NCBI GenBank assembly: GCA_964502565.1 | Contig: CAZCXA010000002.1 | Location: 648-64,647, forward strand | Source: an uncultured Pseudomonadales bacterium | GTDB taxonomy: Bacteria; Patescibacteriota; Microgenomatia; UBA1400; PJMF01 | Length of the DNA: 64,000 nt | Reading direction: 5' to 3' | In this document: piece by piece, positions 19,747-28,743 of the stretch | Numbering within the stretch: the stretch's first letter is position 1 | How the letters are laid out: the number at the start of each line of letters is the position of its first letter | Notes under the pieces: generated by a model | Seen by the model: only the letters and a program-made list of their open reading frames with translations | Databases searched by the model: none | Told to the model about the DNA's origin: nothing | Program-made: the position numbers and the translations under genes

Positions 19747-19912
19747 GATGTATTGGAAAGAGTTAATTTTTCTCATAGTTCTTACGACTCAGAGAAAGAG
19801 ATAGTTAAGCAAAAACTGGGAGTAGACGCTTCCTTACCGGAGGACTTACAAATAGCAGAAATTTCGAGTGGAGAAGTGAGAAATTTAATAATAAAAACCT
19901 TGAATGATTTTT

Positions 19913-20305
19913 ATGCCTAAAAAAGTATTCATTTCATATTCATACAAAAAAAGAGAGCAATTCCAAAATATGGATTTAGAGATTAAAAAAGCTTTAACCA
20001 GAATTGGCTTTGAAGGTTATTCTTTCGTTTTCGATCAGCATTTAAAATTCAAGAATGATCAAGAAATGATGGTTAAAGTATTGGGGAAGATTGATGAATG
20101 CGACATTCTAATTGCAGAGCTTAGTGATAAACAAGTCGGAATTGGATTGGAAGTTGGATACGCAAAAGCGAAAAATAAAAGAATTATTTATATAAAAAGG
20201 ATAGATGCGGCCTACTCAACTACAGTTGGCGGGGTGGCCGACGATATCATTGATTATAAAAATTGTACTGACTTAATTAAAAAAATTGTTACGAAGTTGC
20301 TATAG
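19913..20305 (+). CDS. Nucleoside 2-deoxyribosyltransferase / RCL-like N-glycosidase
   Basis: 'KVFISYS', 'IDECDILIAELS...VGIGLEVGYA.AKNK.II' with the catalytic Glu motif; start ATG overlaps the TAA at 19918-19920. Confidence 0.75.
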   Translation: MPKKVFISYSYKKREQFQNMDLEIKKALTRIGFEGYSFVFDQHLKFKNDQEMMVKVLGKIDECDILIAELSDKQVGIGLEVGYAKAKNKRIIYIKRIDAAYSTTVGGVADDIIDYKNCTDLIKKIVTKLL

Positions 20306-20337
20306 TAAAATATGTCCGAAGTTCGATCGCGAGCTTT

Positions 20338-20432
20338 CACTTTTTTTGAAACGACGAGGTTGCTAGACACTTGCTAGACACAACGAACACACTTTTTTGA
20401 AACGACGAGGTTGCTAAACACAACGCGCGCAC
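20338..20432. repeat. Imperfect tandem repeat at the island boundary
   Basis: CACTTTTTT(T)GAAACGACGAGGTTGCTA(G/A)ACAC occurs twice, with an inner TTGCTAGACAC duplication. Confidence 0.85.
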
Positions 20433-20494
20433 CTTTTTATTTTTAAACCTTAATCCATAATTGCTACTTTTGCTTATATTTCTATTTCTCAACT

Positions 20495-21580
20495 ATGCTA
20501 AACAAGCTCTCATCTTTTATCAAAAAACGCCATAAATTCATACTCCTAGCACTAATGATTGCGGTTGTTGCAATCTTTTTTGTTTGCCAAGAACACTCTC
20601 AGCAACCTGATCAAAACTTTGAACATCCTCAATATCGCGATATTGCTCAAACTTTAGATATTTCTGGTCAAGTAGATGCCAAACGTCGCGCGCGCCTGCG
20701 TTTTCTTGCCGGTGGCAAAATTACCTACCTAGGAGCTCAAGAGGGCGACTGGGTAAAACAATGGCAAACAATTGCCAATATTGATCAACGTGATTTGCAA
20801 AAAAGACTGGAAAAATCTCTTAATTTATATATGCAACAGCGCTGGGATTGGGAAGATTTACAAGACAATATTAAAGATGAGATTCTTGATACCTCAGAAC
20901 AACGCTATGTTGACAAACAACAATGGAACCTTAGTAACACTGTTCTGGATGTAGAGATTCAAGACATTGCTGTTTCTCAAGCCTCAATGTCTGCTCCCTT
21001 TGCTGGTATCTTGGTTTACCAACCGGTTAATAGCACTCACACCCAAGTCACAGCTAATGATTTTTTCGAGGTTGTTGATCCTCGGTCCTTAATCTTCAGA
21101 GCCGAGATCAATGAGGAAGATATAGCCTTAGTTTCAGTTAACCAATCGGCCAAGATTGCACTTGACGCTTACCCAAATGAAACATTATTTACTCAGGTTA
21201 GTTATATTGCTTATGTCAGCACTCAAACAACCGGTGGTAATATTTTTTATGTTGAGTTTCCGCTCGTTGTTGAAGGGGAAGGTGTGGACGCCATAGGTAA
21301 TACTGATTCTTACAATCAAGAAATCGGTAAAAACTTGCTTAATAAGTATCGCCTTGGCTTAAATGGTGAGGTTTTAATCGAGTTGGAAAGCAAATCAAAC
21401 GTCTTAACTATTCCCTTGATTGCCACCAAGTTCAGGGATGATGATGTTTTTGTAGATGTGCGCAATGACAGCGGTCTAGTTGAAGAACGAAAAGTTGAGA
21501 TTGGCCTTGAGTCAGATGAGTATGCTGAGATAATTTCTGGATTATCTGAATCAGATTTAGTGTTAATTCCAAAAATTTAA
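20495..21580 (+). CDS. Efflux membrane-fusion adaptor (MacA/YknX-like)
   Basis: N-terminal TM, 'GGKI...GA.EGD.VK', 'APFAG', 'INEEDI..V...Q', 'VEIGL....YAEIISGL...D.V'. Confidence 0.85.
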   Translation: MLNKLSSFIKKRHKFILLALMIAVVAIFFVCQEHSQQPDQNFEHPQYRDIAQTLDISGQVDAKRRARLRFLAGGKITYLGAQEGDWVKQWQTIANIDQRDLQKRLEKSLNLYMQQRWDWEDLQDNIKDEILDTSEQRYVDKQQWNLSNTVLDVEIQDIAVSQASMSAPFAGILVYQPVNSTHTQVTANDFFEVVDPRSLIFRAEINEEDIALVSVNQSAKIALDAYPNETLFTQVSYIAYVSTQTTGGNIFYVEFPLVVEGEGVDAIGNTDSYNQEIGKNLLNKYRLGLNGEVLIELESKSNVLTIPLIATKFRDDDVFVDVRNDSGLVEERKVEIGLESDEYAEIISGLSESDLVLIPKI

Positions 21581-21583
21581 GAG

Positions 21584-22348
21584 GTGCTGGCCCATTTCAG
21601 GCCCAGCCAAACTACAATGAAAAAAAAAGCTAACAAGATGGCGAACTCCCAACCCGTGCTTAAACTTGATAATGTTTGCAAAAGTTATCAACTGGGTACG
21701 CAACTCATTCGCGCCTTAGAATGCATTGACTTTACTATTAATGAAGGGGAGTTTGTGGCAGTAATCGGCCCTTCAGGCTCAGGCAAGTCAACTTTTTTGC
21801 AGGTGGCCAGCATGTTAGCTGAACCATCACAAGGTAAGATATTTCTCAAGGGTCAGGATGTGACTAGTTATAATGAAGTACAAAGAGCTCGTTTGCGCAA
21901 CCAAGAGATCGGGTTTATTTTTCAACAGTTTAACTTACTAGCTAGAACCAGCGCGCTTGACAATGTGGCCTTACCTTTGGTTTACGCTGGAGTTGAGATG
22001 TCTGAAAGGCATCAAAGAGCTGAGAGTTTGTTAAAAAAAGTTGGACTGGGAGATCGACTAAAAAACAAGCCTAACGAGCTCTCTGGCGGTCAACAACAAA
22101 GGGTGGCCATTGCTCGTGCCTTGATTAATGATCCCAGTATTATTTTTGCTGATGAGCCGACCGGTAACCTAGATTCAAAAACCAACAAGGAAGTTATGGG
22201 TTTATTACAACAGTTACATAAAGATGGTAGGACCATTATTTTGGTGACTCATGAACTTAACTTAGCAAAAACCGCACAAAGGATTATTACTTTGCGTGAT
22301 GGCCAACTATTAGCTGAATACAAGCCACCTTATAAATTTAAAGATTAA
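21584..22348 (+). CDS. ABC transporter ATP-binding protein (MacB/LolD-like)
   Basis: GPSGSGKST, LSGGQQQRVAIARAL, ADEPTGNLD; true start probably slightly downstream. Confidence 0.93.
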   Translation: MLAHFRPSQTTMKKKANKMANSQPVLKLDNVCKSYQLGTQLIRALECIDFTINEGEFVAVIGPSGSGKSTFLQVASMLAEPSQGKIFLKGQDVTSYNEVQRARLRNQEIGFIFQQFNLLARTSALDNVALPLVYAGVEMSERHQRAESLLKKVGLGDRLKNKPNELSGGQQQRVAIARALINDPSIIFADEPTGNLDSKTNKEVMGLLQQLHKDGRTIILVTHELNLAKTAQRIITLRDGQLLAEYKPPYKFKD

Positions 22349-22377
22349 AAACTAAAGGACTCCAATATCTTTCGCGC

Positions 22378-23592
22378 ATGAATTTTACCAACACTTTAGC
22401 CATCGCCATTAAAGCCATCTTTACCAATAAGGTTAGAAGCGCCTTGACAATGTTGGGGGTAATTATTGGTGTGAGTTCGGTTGTTATGTTAATTTCTTTA
22501 GGCAAGGGTTTGGAAGCCTTTGTTGTCCAATCTTTTGAAGATTTGGGCTCAAACAATATTTATATCACGCCAGGCAATCTGTTTAGTGAAGAAGGCGGTT
22601 TTAGCTCGATTCAAAACTCGGCACTGCGTGCTAAATCGTTCAGTTTTGATAAAACTGATGTTAAAGAGTTGCGCCGATTACGCCAATATGTTGAAAAGGT
22701 TGCTTATTATAATGCTCAATCTGACACGATTCGTTTTTTAACCAATACTAAACAAACCAGCATTATCGGCAGTAATGCTGACTACAATCAGGTTTTAATT
22801 ACAAGTTTAAATAAAGGACGCTGGTTTACCAACAGTGAGGATGAAAACGGAGAACGGGTGGTGGTGCTAGGTCATGAGGTTGCAGATGAGTTGTTTGGTA
22901 AAGTAGATCCTCTGAGTAAAAAAGTCAGAATCGGTGCTGTTACCTTTACCGTAGTCGGTGTGGCTGAAAAAAAGGGCGGTGGTTTTGGTGGGCCATCTTT
23001 TGATAATGTTATTTATATTCCCTTTGAAACTCTGTCTAGAATTTACAACACCAATGACATTATGGATATGACTGTTAAAAGTAGGGGTGATATAGAAATT
23101 GCCGACGCCATTACTGCTGTTGAAGCAAACATGCTAAAACGTTACAAAGATGATGAGTTTTCTGCATATGATCAAACTGAGATATTAAATGTTATTCAAG
23201 ATATACTAAGCATGATTACAATTACTCTGGGAGGGATTGCAGCCATCTCACTTTTGGTCGGAGGAATTGGTATTATGAACATTATGCTGGTGTCGGTTAC
23301 AGAGAGAACTAAAGAGATTGGTTTACGTAAAGCCCTGGGAGCAACTCCTAACCAAATCTTAATTCAATTTTTAATCGAGGCTGCTTTCTTGTCGATCCTA
23401 GGCGGTGTGATTGGTTTAGGTCTAGCCTTTGTTGGGTCTTTGGCTGTTCAGCCAATATTTCCAGCTAAAGTGACTATAGAATCTGTGTTGTTGGCGTTTG
23501 GAGTATCAACCGCGGTTGGGTTAATCTTTGGCGCTGCCCCTGCAAGCAGGGCATCGCGCTTATCACCGATCGAGGCGTTGAGATATGAATAA
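22378..23592 (+). CDS. ABC transporter permease (MacB/FtsX family)
   Basis: 'RSALTMLGVIIGV', 'GGIGIMNIMLVSVTERTKEIGLRKALGA', 'PA.RA..L.PIEALRYE'. Confidence 0.93.
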   Translation: MNFTNTLAIAIKAIFTNKVRSALTMLGVIIGVSSVVMLISLGKGLEAFVVQSFEDLGSNNIYITPGNLFSEEGGFSSIQNSALRAKSFSFDKTDVKELRRLRQYVEKVAYYNAQSDTIRFLTNTKQTSIIGSNADYNQVLITSLNKGRWFTNSEDENGERVVVLGHEVADELFGKVDPLSKKVRIGAVTFTVVGVAEKKGGGFGGPSFDNVIYIPFETLSRIYNTNDIMDMTVKSRGDIEIADAITAVEANMLKRYKDDEFSAYDQTEILNVIQDILSMITITLGGIAAISLLVGGIGIMNIMLVSVTERTKEIGLRKALGATPNQILIQFLIEAAFLSILGGVIGLGLAFVGSLAVQPIFPAKVTIESVLLAFGVSTAVGLIFGAAPASRASRLSPIEALRYE

Positions 23593-23696
23593 AACAAATA
23601 AGGCAAGATAACAGGTCTGTTTTTATTATCTGTCTGTTTTCATTACCAGATCCGCGCTTTAAACTTTTAAGTTTGTAACTTATACTAGTCTTATTA

Positions 23697-24032
23697 ATGA
23701 AGTTAATTGGCAAGATTATCATCACCATCCTTGTTATTTTAGCCATACTTTACGGCATCTACTTTGCCGGCACCCAAGGCTGGCTAGTTAACACACCTCT
23801 TAAAGATCTTGATTACAACATGTTTAATTTTTTACAGCAAGAAAATTTAGAACAAACAAAGGTTTTAACCGACCGCGCAAAGGAAACTGGAGAACATGTC
23901 CAACAAATTCTTGGCGATCAAGTTGAGGTTGATGAAGATCAAGCTAAGAAACCACTTCATGAAAAAACGATTGAGTATGCTCGCTATTTGTACTGCAAGC
24001 AAGTTGTTGAGGATTGGGAAAATGAGGAATAA
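23697..24032 (+). CDS. Hypothetical membrane-anchored protein
   Basis: N-terminal TM, C-terminal 'ARYLYCKQVVEDWE'. Confidence 0.7.
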   Translation: MKLIGKIIITILVILAILYGIYFAGTQGWLVNTPLKDLDYNMFNFLQQENLEQTKVLTDRAKETGEHVQQILGDQVEVDEDQAKKPLHEKTIEYARYLYCKQVVEDWENEE

Positions 24033-24092
24033 AAATATTTACCAGTTTGTTTTCTTTTTTTAACAAGCTTGAGTCTTTAACCTTTTCTTTTT

Positions 24093-24647
24093 TTATTCTT
24101 TGCAACAATCAATTGCTTTGAGCACAAACTCGCCCATTTTTTCAAAGATACTGACTTTGCTTTTTACTTTAGGTTGATCATCCTCCGAGATCAACTCAAT
24201 CTCATCACTCGTCTCATGAGCGACATCCTTCACCTTAACTACCCCTAAATTTAATCCCCAAAATAAACTATATAGTTGATAAGATTTTTCAAACAACTCA
24301 GAAGCATCTTTTTTATCGCCTTTGGTTAAAGCCTTGGTACCAACCTCCATCACTCTCATTGAAGCAGCTAACAAATGTTTGCTAATGCACCACACCTCGC
24401 CTTCATAATCTTTAATAATGCGTTTAAGCAAGCTTTTGCGCATCTCGCGCACCTCATTTAATAAGTCTAGATATTTTTTATCTTTAGTTTTATTGTAGGT
24501 AAAAAAGAAATGCTCCTCGATAGAGATCAGGTTCATCACACCAATAGATAAATCTTCGTCAGAAGACAGATCAAGCTGATGACCTTTTTCCATTTTTTTT
24601 ACTTTATCAAGAAACTGCTGAATCTCTGACTGATTTGATTTTGACAT
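24093..24647 (-). CDS. Hypothetical helical protein with Cys/His motifs
   Basis: 'NLISIEEHFFFT', 'WCISKHLL', C-terminal 'DCCKE'; last gene of the ArsR-led operon. Confidence 0.75.
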   Translation of the reverse strand: MSKSNQSEIQQFLDKVKKMEKGHQLDLSSDEDLSIGVMNLISIEEHFFFTYNKTKDKKYLDLLNEVREMRKSLLKRIIKDYEGEVWCISKHLLAASMRVMEVGTKALTKGDKKDASELFEKSYQLYSLFWGLNLGVVKVKDVAHETSDEIELISEDDQPKVKSKVSIFEKMGEFVLKAIDCCKE

Positions 24648-24659
24648 ATTTGTAAACTA

Positions 24660-25178
24660 TTAATTGATAGAAAAATGCAAGATAAGACTGACAATCGACA
24701 GAAACAACACAGGTAAAATTACTTTTTGATAATAAATAAAAACCTGATCATTGTTAATCGACCGCAGATATAGATCAAGTTTTACAGATCCAGCAAAAAG
24801 AAAAGTTCCTATTACTATTCCAAAAATAATCTTGTCAATGCCAAAAATTTTGTTAGCTGGATCACCAACAATGCCTAAAAAGTAAAGGGTTAAAACTGAG
24901 AGCAGATACAAAAAACAGCCAGCAAACCATTCTTTTTTAAATAAGTTCCAGTTTTTGGATTTGGCCCAGTTTGCCAACCACATAGCGCTTGATAAAAACA
25001 AGCCACCAATCCATAATCCAGCAATGGTATCATCAATGCCCAGCCAACGAGTGACGCCTAATCCCGCACCAACAGCTACTGTACACGCTGGACACACCGC
25101 CCTCACCTGAGCCGGTAAAAACAAGCTGGTAAAAACTAATAAAAATAAGATTGATAATCTATTGAGTAACTTCTTCAT
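24660..25178 (-). CDS. Membrane protein with CxxC motif
   Basis: Signal-like N-terminus, 'VCPACTVAVGAGLG..RWLGIDD.I.G.W.G', about 4 further TMs. Confidence 0.75.
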   Translation of the reverse strand: MKKLLNRLSILFLLVFTSLFLPAQVRAVCPACTVAVGAGLGVTRWLGIDDTIAGLWIGGLFLSSAMWLANWAKSKNWNLFKKEWFAGCFLYLLSVLTLYFLGIVGDPANKIFGIDKIIFGIVIGTFLFAGSVKLDLYLRSINNDQVFIYYQKVILPVLFLSIVSLILHFSIN

Positions 25179-25758
25179 TTAACCCTTTTTCTTGTTCTTG
25201 TTCTTGTTCTTGGTCTTGGTCTTGTTCTTGGTCTTGTTCTTTTTCTTGGTCTTGTGTTAAGTTGATCTCTTCTTTAACAAGCTGATCTTCTTCTTGGACT
25301 AACTCAACTCGTTTTTGTAAATAATCAATAATCTCGATTTTTCCAATGTAGCATTCATCATGAACAAACAAAAAAGGAACACCAACTTGATTGGAATTAA
25401 TTCGGCAAGAAATCGCGGCTTGCTCTAGTTCTTTGGCATACTCTTTATTAAAAGTAACTTCCTTGATCTTGATGTTAATCTTTTCATCAATCGCGTTTTT
25501 TTTAATCCAGCTTTCTACTTCATGACAGAATTGACAGTTGGCAGAAAAGAAAATATTAATTTCAGACTCATTATTTTCAGCACTAATAGACTTAGATTGA
25601 TTATTAACTTGATCAACCGCGTTTTTTTGACCAAAAGAGTTGCTGGTTATCACGATCGTTCCGAGCAAGCCAACAATCACTAAAATAACTACGCCTGTAA
25701 ATAGATTTTTATTTTGCATAATGTTTGATATTATGAACAGCCGTTCATATATTTTCAA
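25159..25758 (-). CDS. Membrane-anchored glutaredoxin/thioredoxin-fold protein
   Basis: TM, 'F.SANCQFC', 'GVPFL....C.IG' cis-Pro motif, acidic QE/QD repeat tail. Confidence 0.75.
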   Translation of the reverse strand: MKIYERLFIISNIMQNKNLFTGVVILVIVGLLGTIVITSNSFGQKNAVDQVNNQSKSISAENNESEINIFFSANCQFCHEVESWIKKNAIDEKINIKIKEVTFNKEYAKELEQAAISCRINSNQVGVPFLFVHDECYIGKIEIIDYLQKRVELVQEEDQLVKEEINLTQDQEKEQDQEQDQDQEQEQEQEKGLNEEVTQ

Positions 25759-25793
25759 GCCTTGTTTTTTGTTTTTTTATACCGAGTTTACAA

Positions 25794-26120
25794 CTAGGTT
25801 GTGAGATCTATCTCAAAAAATAACTTCATTAACTGATCTCCGAACTTGGTGAGTCTATAATAAACCCTTTGACCATGTTTTTTATCAACCACTAGATTAG
25901 CCTCTCTTAAATCAGCTAAATGATGCGAGATTAAACTCTGCTCAAGTTTAACGATTGGTTGGAGCGCGCTTACACAAAGCTCCTGTTGACGTAGTAAACA
26001 CATTAACTTGAGTCGATTTTTTTCCGCAACTATCTTAAACAATGAAGACAACTCGTTCATTTTGTTGCAGGCGCACTCGTTTTTAGGATAAGTACAAAAG
26101 TCGCATGAATCCATATTCAT
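25794..26120 (-). CDS. ArsR/SmtB family transcriptional regulator with Cys-rich N-terminus
   Basis: 'FK......NRLK...L...ELCV..L......QS.ISHHL..LRE..LV....GQ.VYY.L'; N-terminal CDFC...CAC. Confidence 0.9.
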   Translation of the reverse strand: MNMDSCDFCTYPKNECACNKMNELSSLFKIVAEKNRLKLMCLLRQQELCVSALQPIVKLEQSLISHHLADLREANLVVDKKHGQRVYYRLTKFGDQLMKLFFEIDLTT

Positions 26121-26206
26121 ATATTATAGAGAAATGACACAGAGTGTCTATAACTAAAAAAGTTCTCACTGAAAAAATGAGTTGATCTTTAATCTTAACT
26201 TATTTG

Positions 26207-28549
26207 CTACAACCTTGCTCTCACTGCCATCTCTGCCTCGATCACCTCTTTATCCTTACCATACTTTAACCGAGACAGCTCTCTAATCATCTCAGCCAAC
26301 TTCGGATTCATCTGCGCCTCGATCTTTGCAATATCTTTTTCCAAAGACACGCTAAAGGGAGTCATTGGCTCATTGTCTACAATGGTCTTCATGTACACAT
26401 GGTATTTTTCAACATTGGTGAGGTCGGTCTCGGTAAAAACAGGCGTGAACTCATGTTGCAAAAAGTTGGCATCGGTGACACCAATTCGAAACGAAACCAT
26501 GGTGCCCACGTTGCCAAAGACAGCATTTTTTACATCTTCATCAATCTGACCAATATATTGATTAGCTACAATTAAGTTAAGCTTGTACTTGCGAGCCTCT
26601 GATAAAATCACAGCAAAATCTTCTGTGGCATAGTTTTGAAACTCATCAACATATAAGAAAAAATCTTCGCGTTTTTCCATGGGCATATCAGCTCTACTCA
26701 TGGCAGCAGTCAAGATTTTAGGCACCAAGATCAAACCCAAAAACTTAGCATCTTCCTCGCCCAACACACCTTTGGATAAATTACACAGCAAGATCTTTTT
26801 TTCATCCATTGCTTTTCTAAAATTAAACGCGCTTTTGGGCTGACCAATAATATTTCGCATGGTTTTGTTGGTCACAAATCGACCAAACTTGGACACAATG
26901 TAATCCAATACCTCAGACTTATGGAAATCACTGGTTTGAGCGATTTGGTCGGTCCAGTAACGCTTTACCACCGGGTCTTTAATATAAGGCAAGGTTTCTA
27001 CAACAAAGTTTTCATCAGTTATAATACGTACCACCTCAATAAAGGTGGAGTTTTCTCGACTCATCACCGATAACATGGCATTACGAATCGCGTGCTCAAA
27101 ACGCGGACCAATAATACCGGTCCGATGCGGATCATATAACTTATACATCAAGTTAATAATCGAGCTCACCACAAAATGTTGCTCCTGTTCTGAATAAGCC
27201 TCCATAATATTTAAGCCCATGGGACGTTCTCTATCAGAAGGATTAAAATAGATCACATCCTCGGCTCTCTCAGGAGGCATCAGCTCTAAAATATCTTCAA
27301 CAAAATCACCGTGAGGATCGATCGCGGCCACACCCTTACCTTCTTCAATATCCTGCAAGATCATCTGCTTTAAAAACTCTGATTTTCCAGTACCGGTTTT
27401 ACCAACAATATACATGTGGCGTCGGCGATCATTTAACTTCATATACACCTTGCGTCGCTCGCCTCGATAATAAGACTCACCAATAAATAAACCCTCGTCA
27501 GGAATTTCTTGAGGCGCTGGGGCATTTTTAGCGGTCAGCCACTTAATGTGGTGGGTCTCAACGGTTTTGTTGGGAAAATGAAAAACGGTTGCCAACTCTG
27601 CCGTGCTTAAGATGCTTGTTTTGAACTTAAACAAAGGCATATATCGATAGATAAAATCAATCACAAACAGATGCTTGATCAAAACCTTGGTTTTTTTAAA
27701 CTTGTTGTAGGCGGAGGTAAACTGAGCAAAAGCACCGGTTATATTTCCTAAGTGAGTTTCTGCCTCGTCATTTGTAGAAGCAGATACCACTATCCTGATA
27801 GAGGTACGAAAGCCTGGATGCGACACCTGATCACTAATAGCCTCCATTTCCTTAGGATCATGGTCATAACTTGCTTTCTCTGGATCAGCCTCTTTTTTCT
27901 TTTTTTCAGTAATATAAGAACGGCCTTTTTTTTGCCACTTACCTGGCACTGGTTGAATTAAAATCTGCAAAACCCCGCCTTCTGTTTCTCGCATTTTGGA
28001 CATGGCAGTGGTGATTAAAGACATACCATCAGTGGGCAAATCTTTGTAAATCTCTGCTGGATGATAATCCGCACTATCTTTTTTTAAACTTGCAAAGGCG
28101 ACTCGACCGTCTTCATTAAAAATATTAACCTCATCAACTTCTTTAATATATGCCTGGGGATAAGCGCCGTTAATCTGCTTCTCAACATGATCTTGAATCT
28201 TGCGCGAACAACTCACATAAAAAGCAATCTCTTCTTTTAAAGCCACGATCTCGAACGCCACAATATCCTGCGATCTAGTTAAAGAAAAACCACTTTTATT
28301 AAGTGAGTAAAGCCCAGCAAACATCTGCTCGGCTGCATCGATTTTAATCTCATTATCTTTGGGCAGTTTTACTAATAAAGTGACAAAACTGAGAGCATAA
28401 TCTTGACGTTTACGATTTTTAAGCCACTGTAAAATCATGTAGGTGAAGGCTACTAAAATAGCCAACAAAACCACACCCAAGATTAAACTAAATAAAATCA
28501 CGGTGAGTTGTGAGATGAGTTGGTTAGAAGCTTCGGTGGTGATCTGCAT
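26207..28549 (-). CDS. VirD4/TraG/TrwB-like coupling ATPase (HerA-FtsK superfamily)
   Basis: N-terminal TM, 'RRHMYIVGKTGTGKS', 'IDPHGD', 'LYVDEFQN', 'LSEARKY.L.L..ANQ...Q', 'GNVGT..SFR.G..DA'. Confidence 0.85.
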   Translation of the reverse strand: MQITTEASNQLISQLTVILFSLILGVVLLAILVAFTYMILQWLKNRKRQDYALSFVTLLVKLPKDNEIKIDAAEQMFAGLYSLNKSGFSLTRSQDIVAFEIVALKEEIAFYVSCSRKIQDHVEKQINGAYPQAYIKEVDEVNIFNEDGRVAFASLKKDSADYHPAEIYKDLPTDGMSLITTAMSKMRETEGGVLQILIQPVPGKWQKKGRSYITEKKKKEADPEKASYDHDPKEMEAISDQVSHPGFRTSIRIVVSASTNDEAETHLGNITGAFAQFTSAYNKFKKTKVLIKHLFVIDFIYRYMPLFKFKTSILSTAELATVFHFPNKTVETHHIKWLTAKNAPAPQEIPDEGLFIGESYYRGERRKVYMKLNDRRRHMYIVGKTGTGKSEFLKQMILQDIEEGKGVAAIDPHGDFVEDILELMPPERAEDVIYFNPSDRERPMGLNIMEAYSEQEQHFVVSSIINLMYKLYDPHRTGIIGPRFEHAIRNAMLSVMSRENSTFIEVVRIITDENFVVETLPYIKDPVVKRYWTDQIAQTSDFHKSEVLDYIVSKFGRFVTNKTMRNIIGQPKSAFNFRKAMDEKKILLCNLSKGVLGEEDAKFLGLILVPKILTAAMSRADMPMEKREDFFLYVDEFQNYATEDFAVILSEARKYKLNLIVANQYIGQIDEDVKNAVFGNVGTMVSFRIGVTDANFLQHEFTPVFTETDLTNVEKYHVYMKTIVDNEPMTPFSVSLEKDIAKIEAQMNPKLAEMIRELSRLKYGKDKEVIEAEMAVRARL

Positions 28550-28743
28550 AGATTAAAACTCAAAGATAATATTAAGTGTTTAGCAACGTATTTTCCAGAT
28601 AATATTTGGTAAAGTATTTTGTTAAATACATAATGTTTTGTTCAATCTATAGTAAAACAAGTTTTTAAAACATGATCAGTTAACCTCGCACTCTTTTTTA
28701 AATCTGGGTAAACACTTAATGCTAAATATTATCCTAAATATTT

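Larger units (their letters stand above)
18153..20432. mobile_element. Probable degenerate genomic island at the tRNA-Ile 3' end (no integrase)
   Basis: tRNA 3' end CGCGCGCAC + T-tract...CCT (18153-~18180) recurs at 20424-~20450; cargo genes look AT-rich and ATA/AGA-rich compared with flanks. Confidence 0.5.

Noticed and set aside
20338-20432. Two-copy repeat as a mini-CRISPR
   Set aside because: Only two imperfect copies, the intervening sequence is a partial duplication of the repeat, and no cas genes are present.
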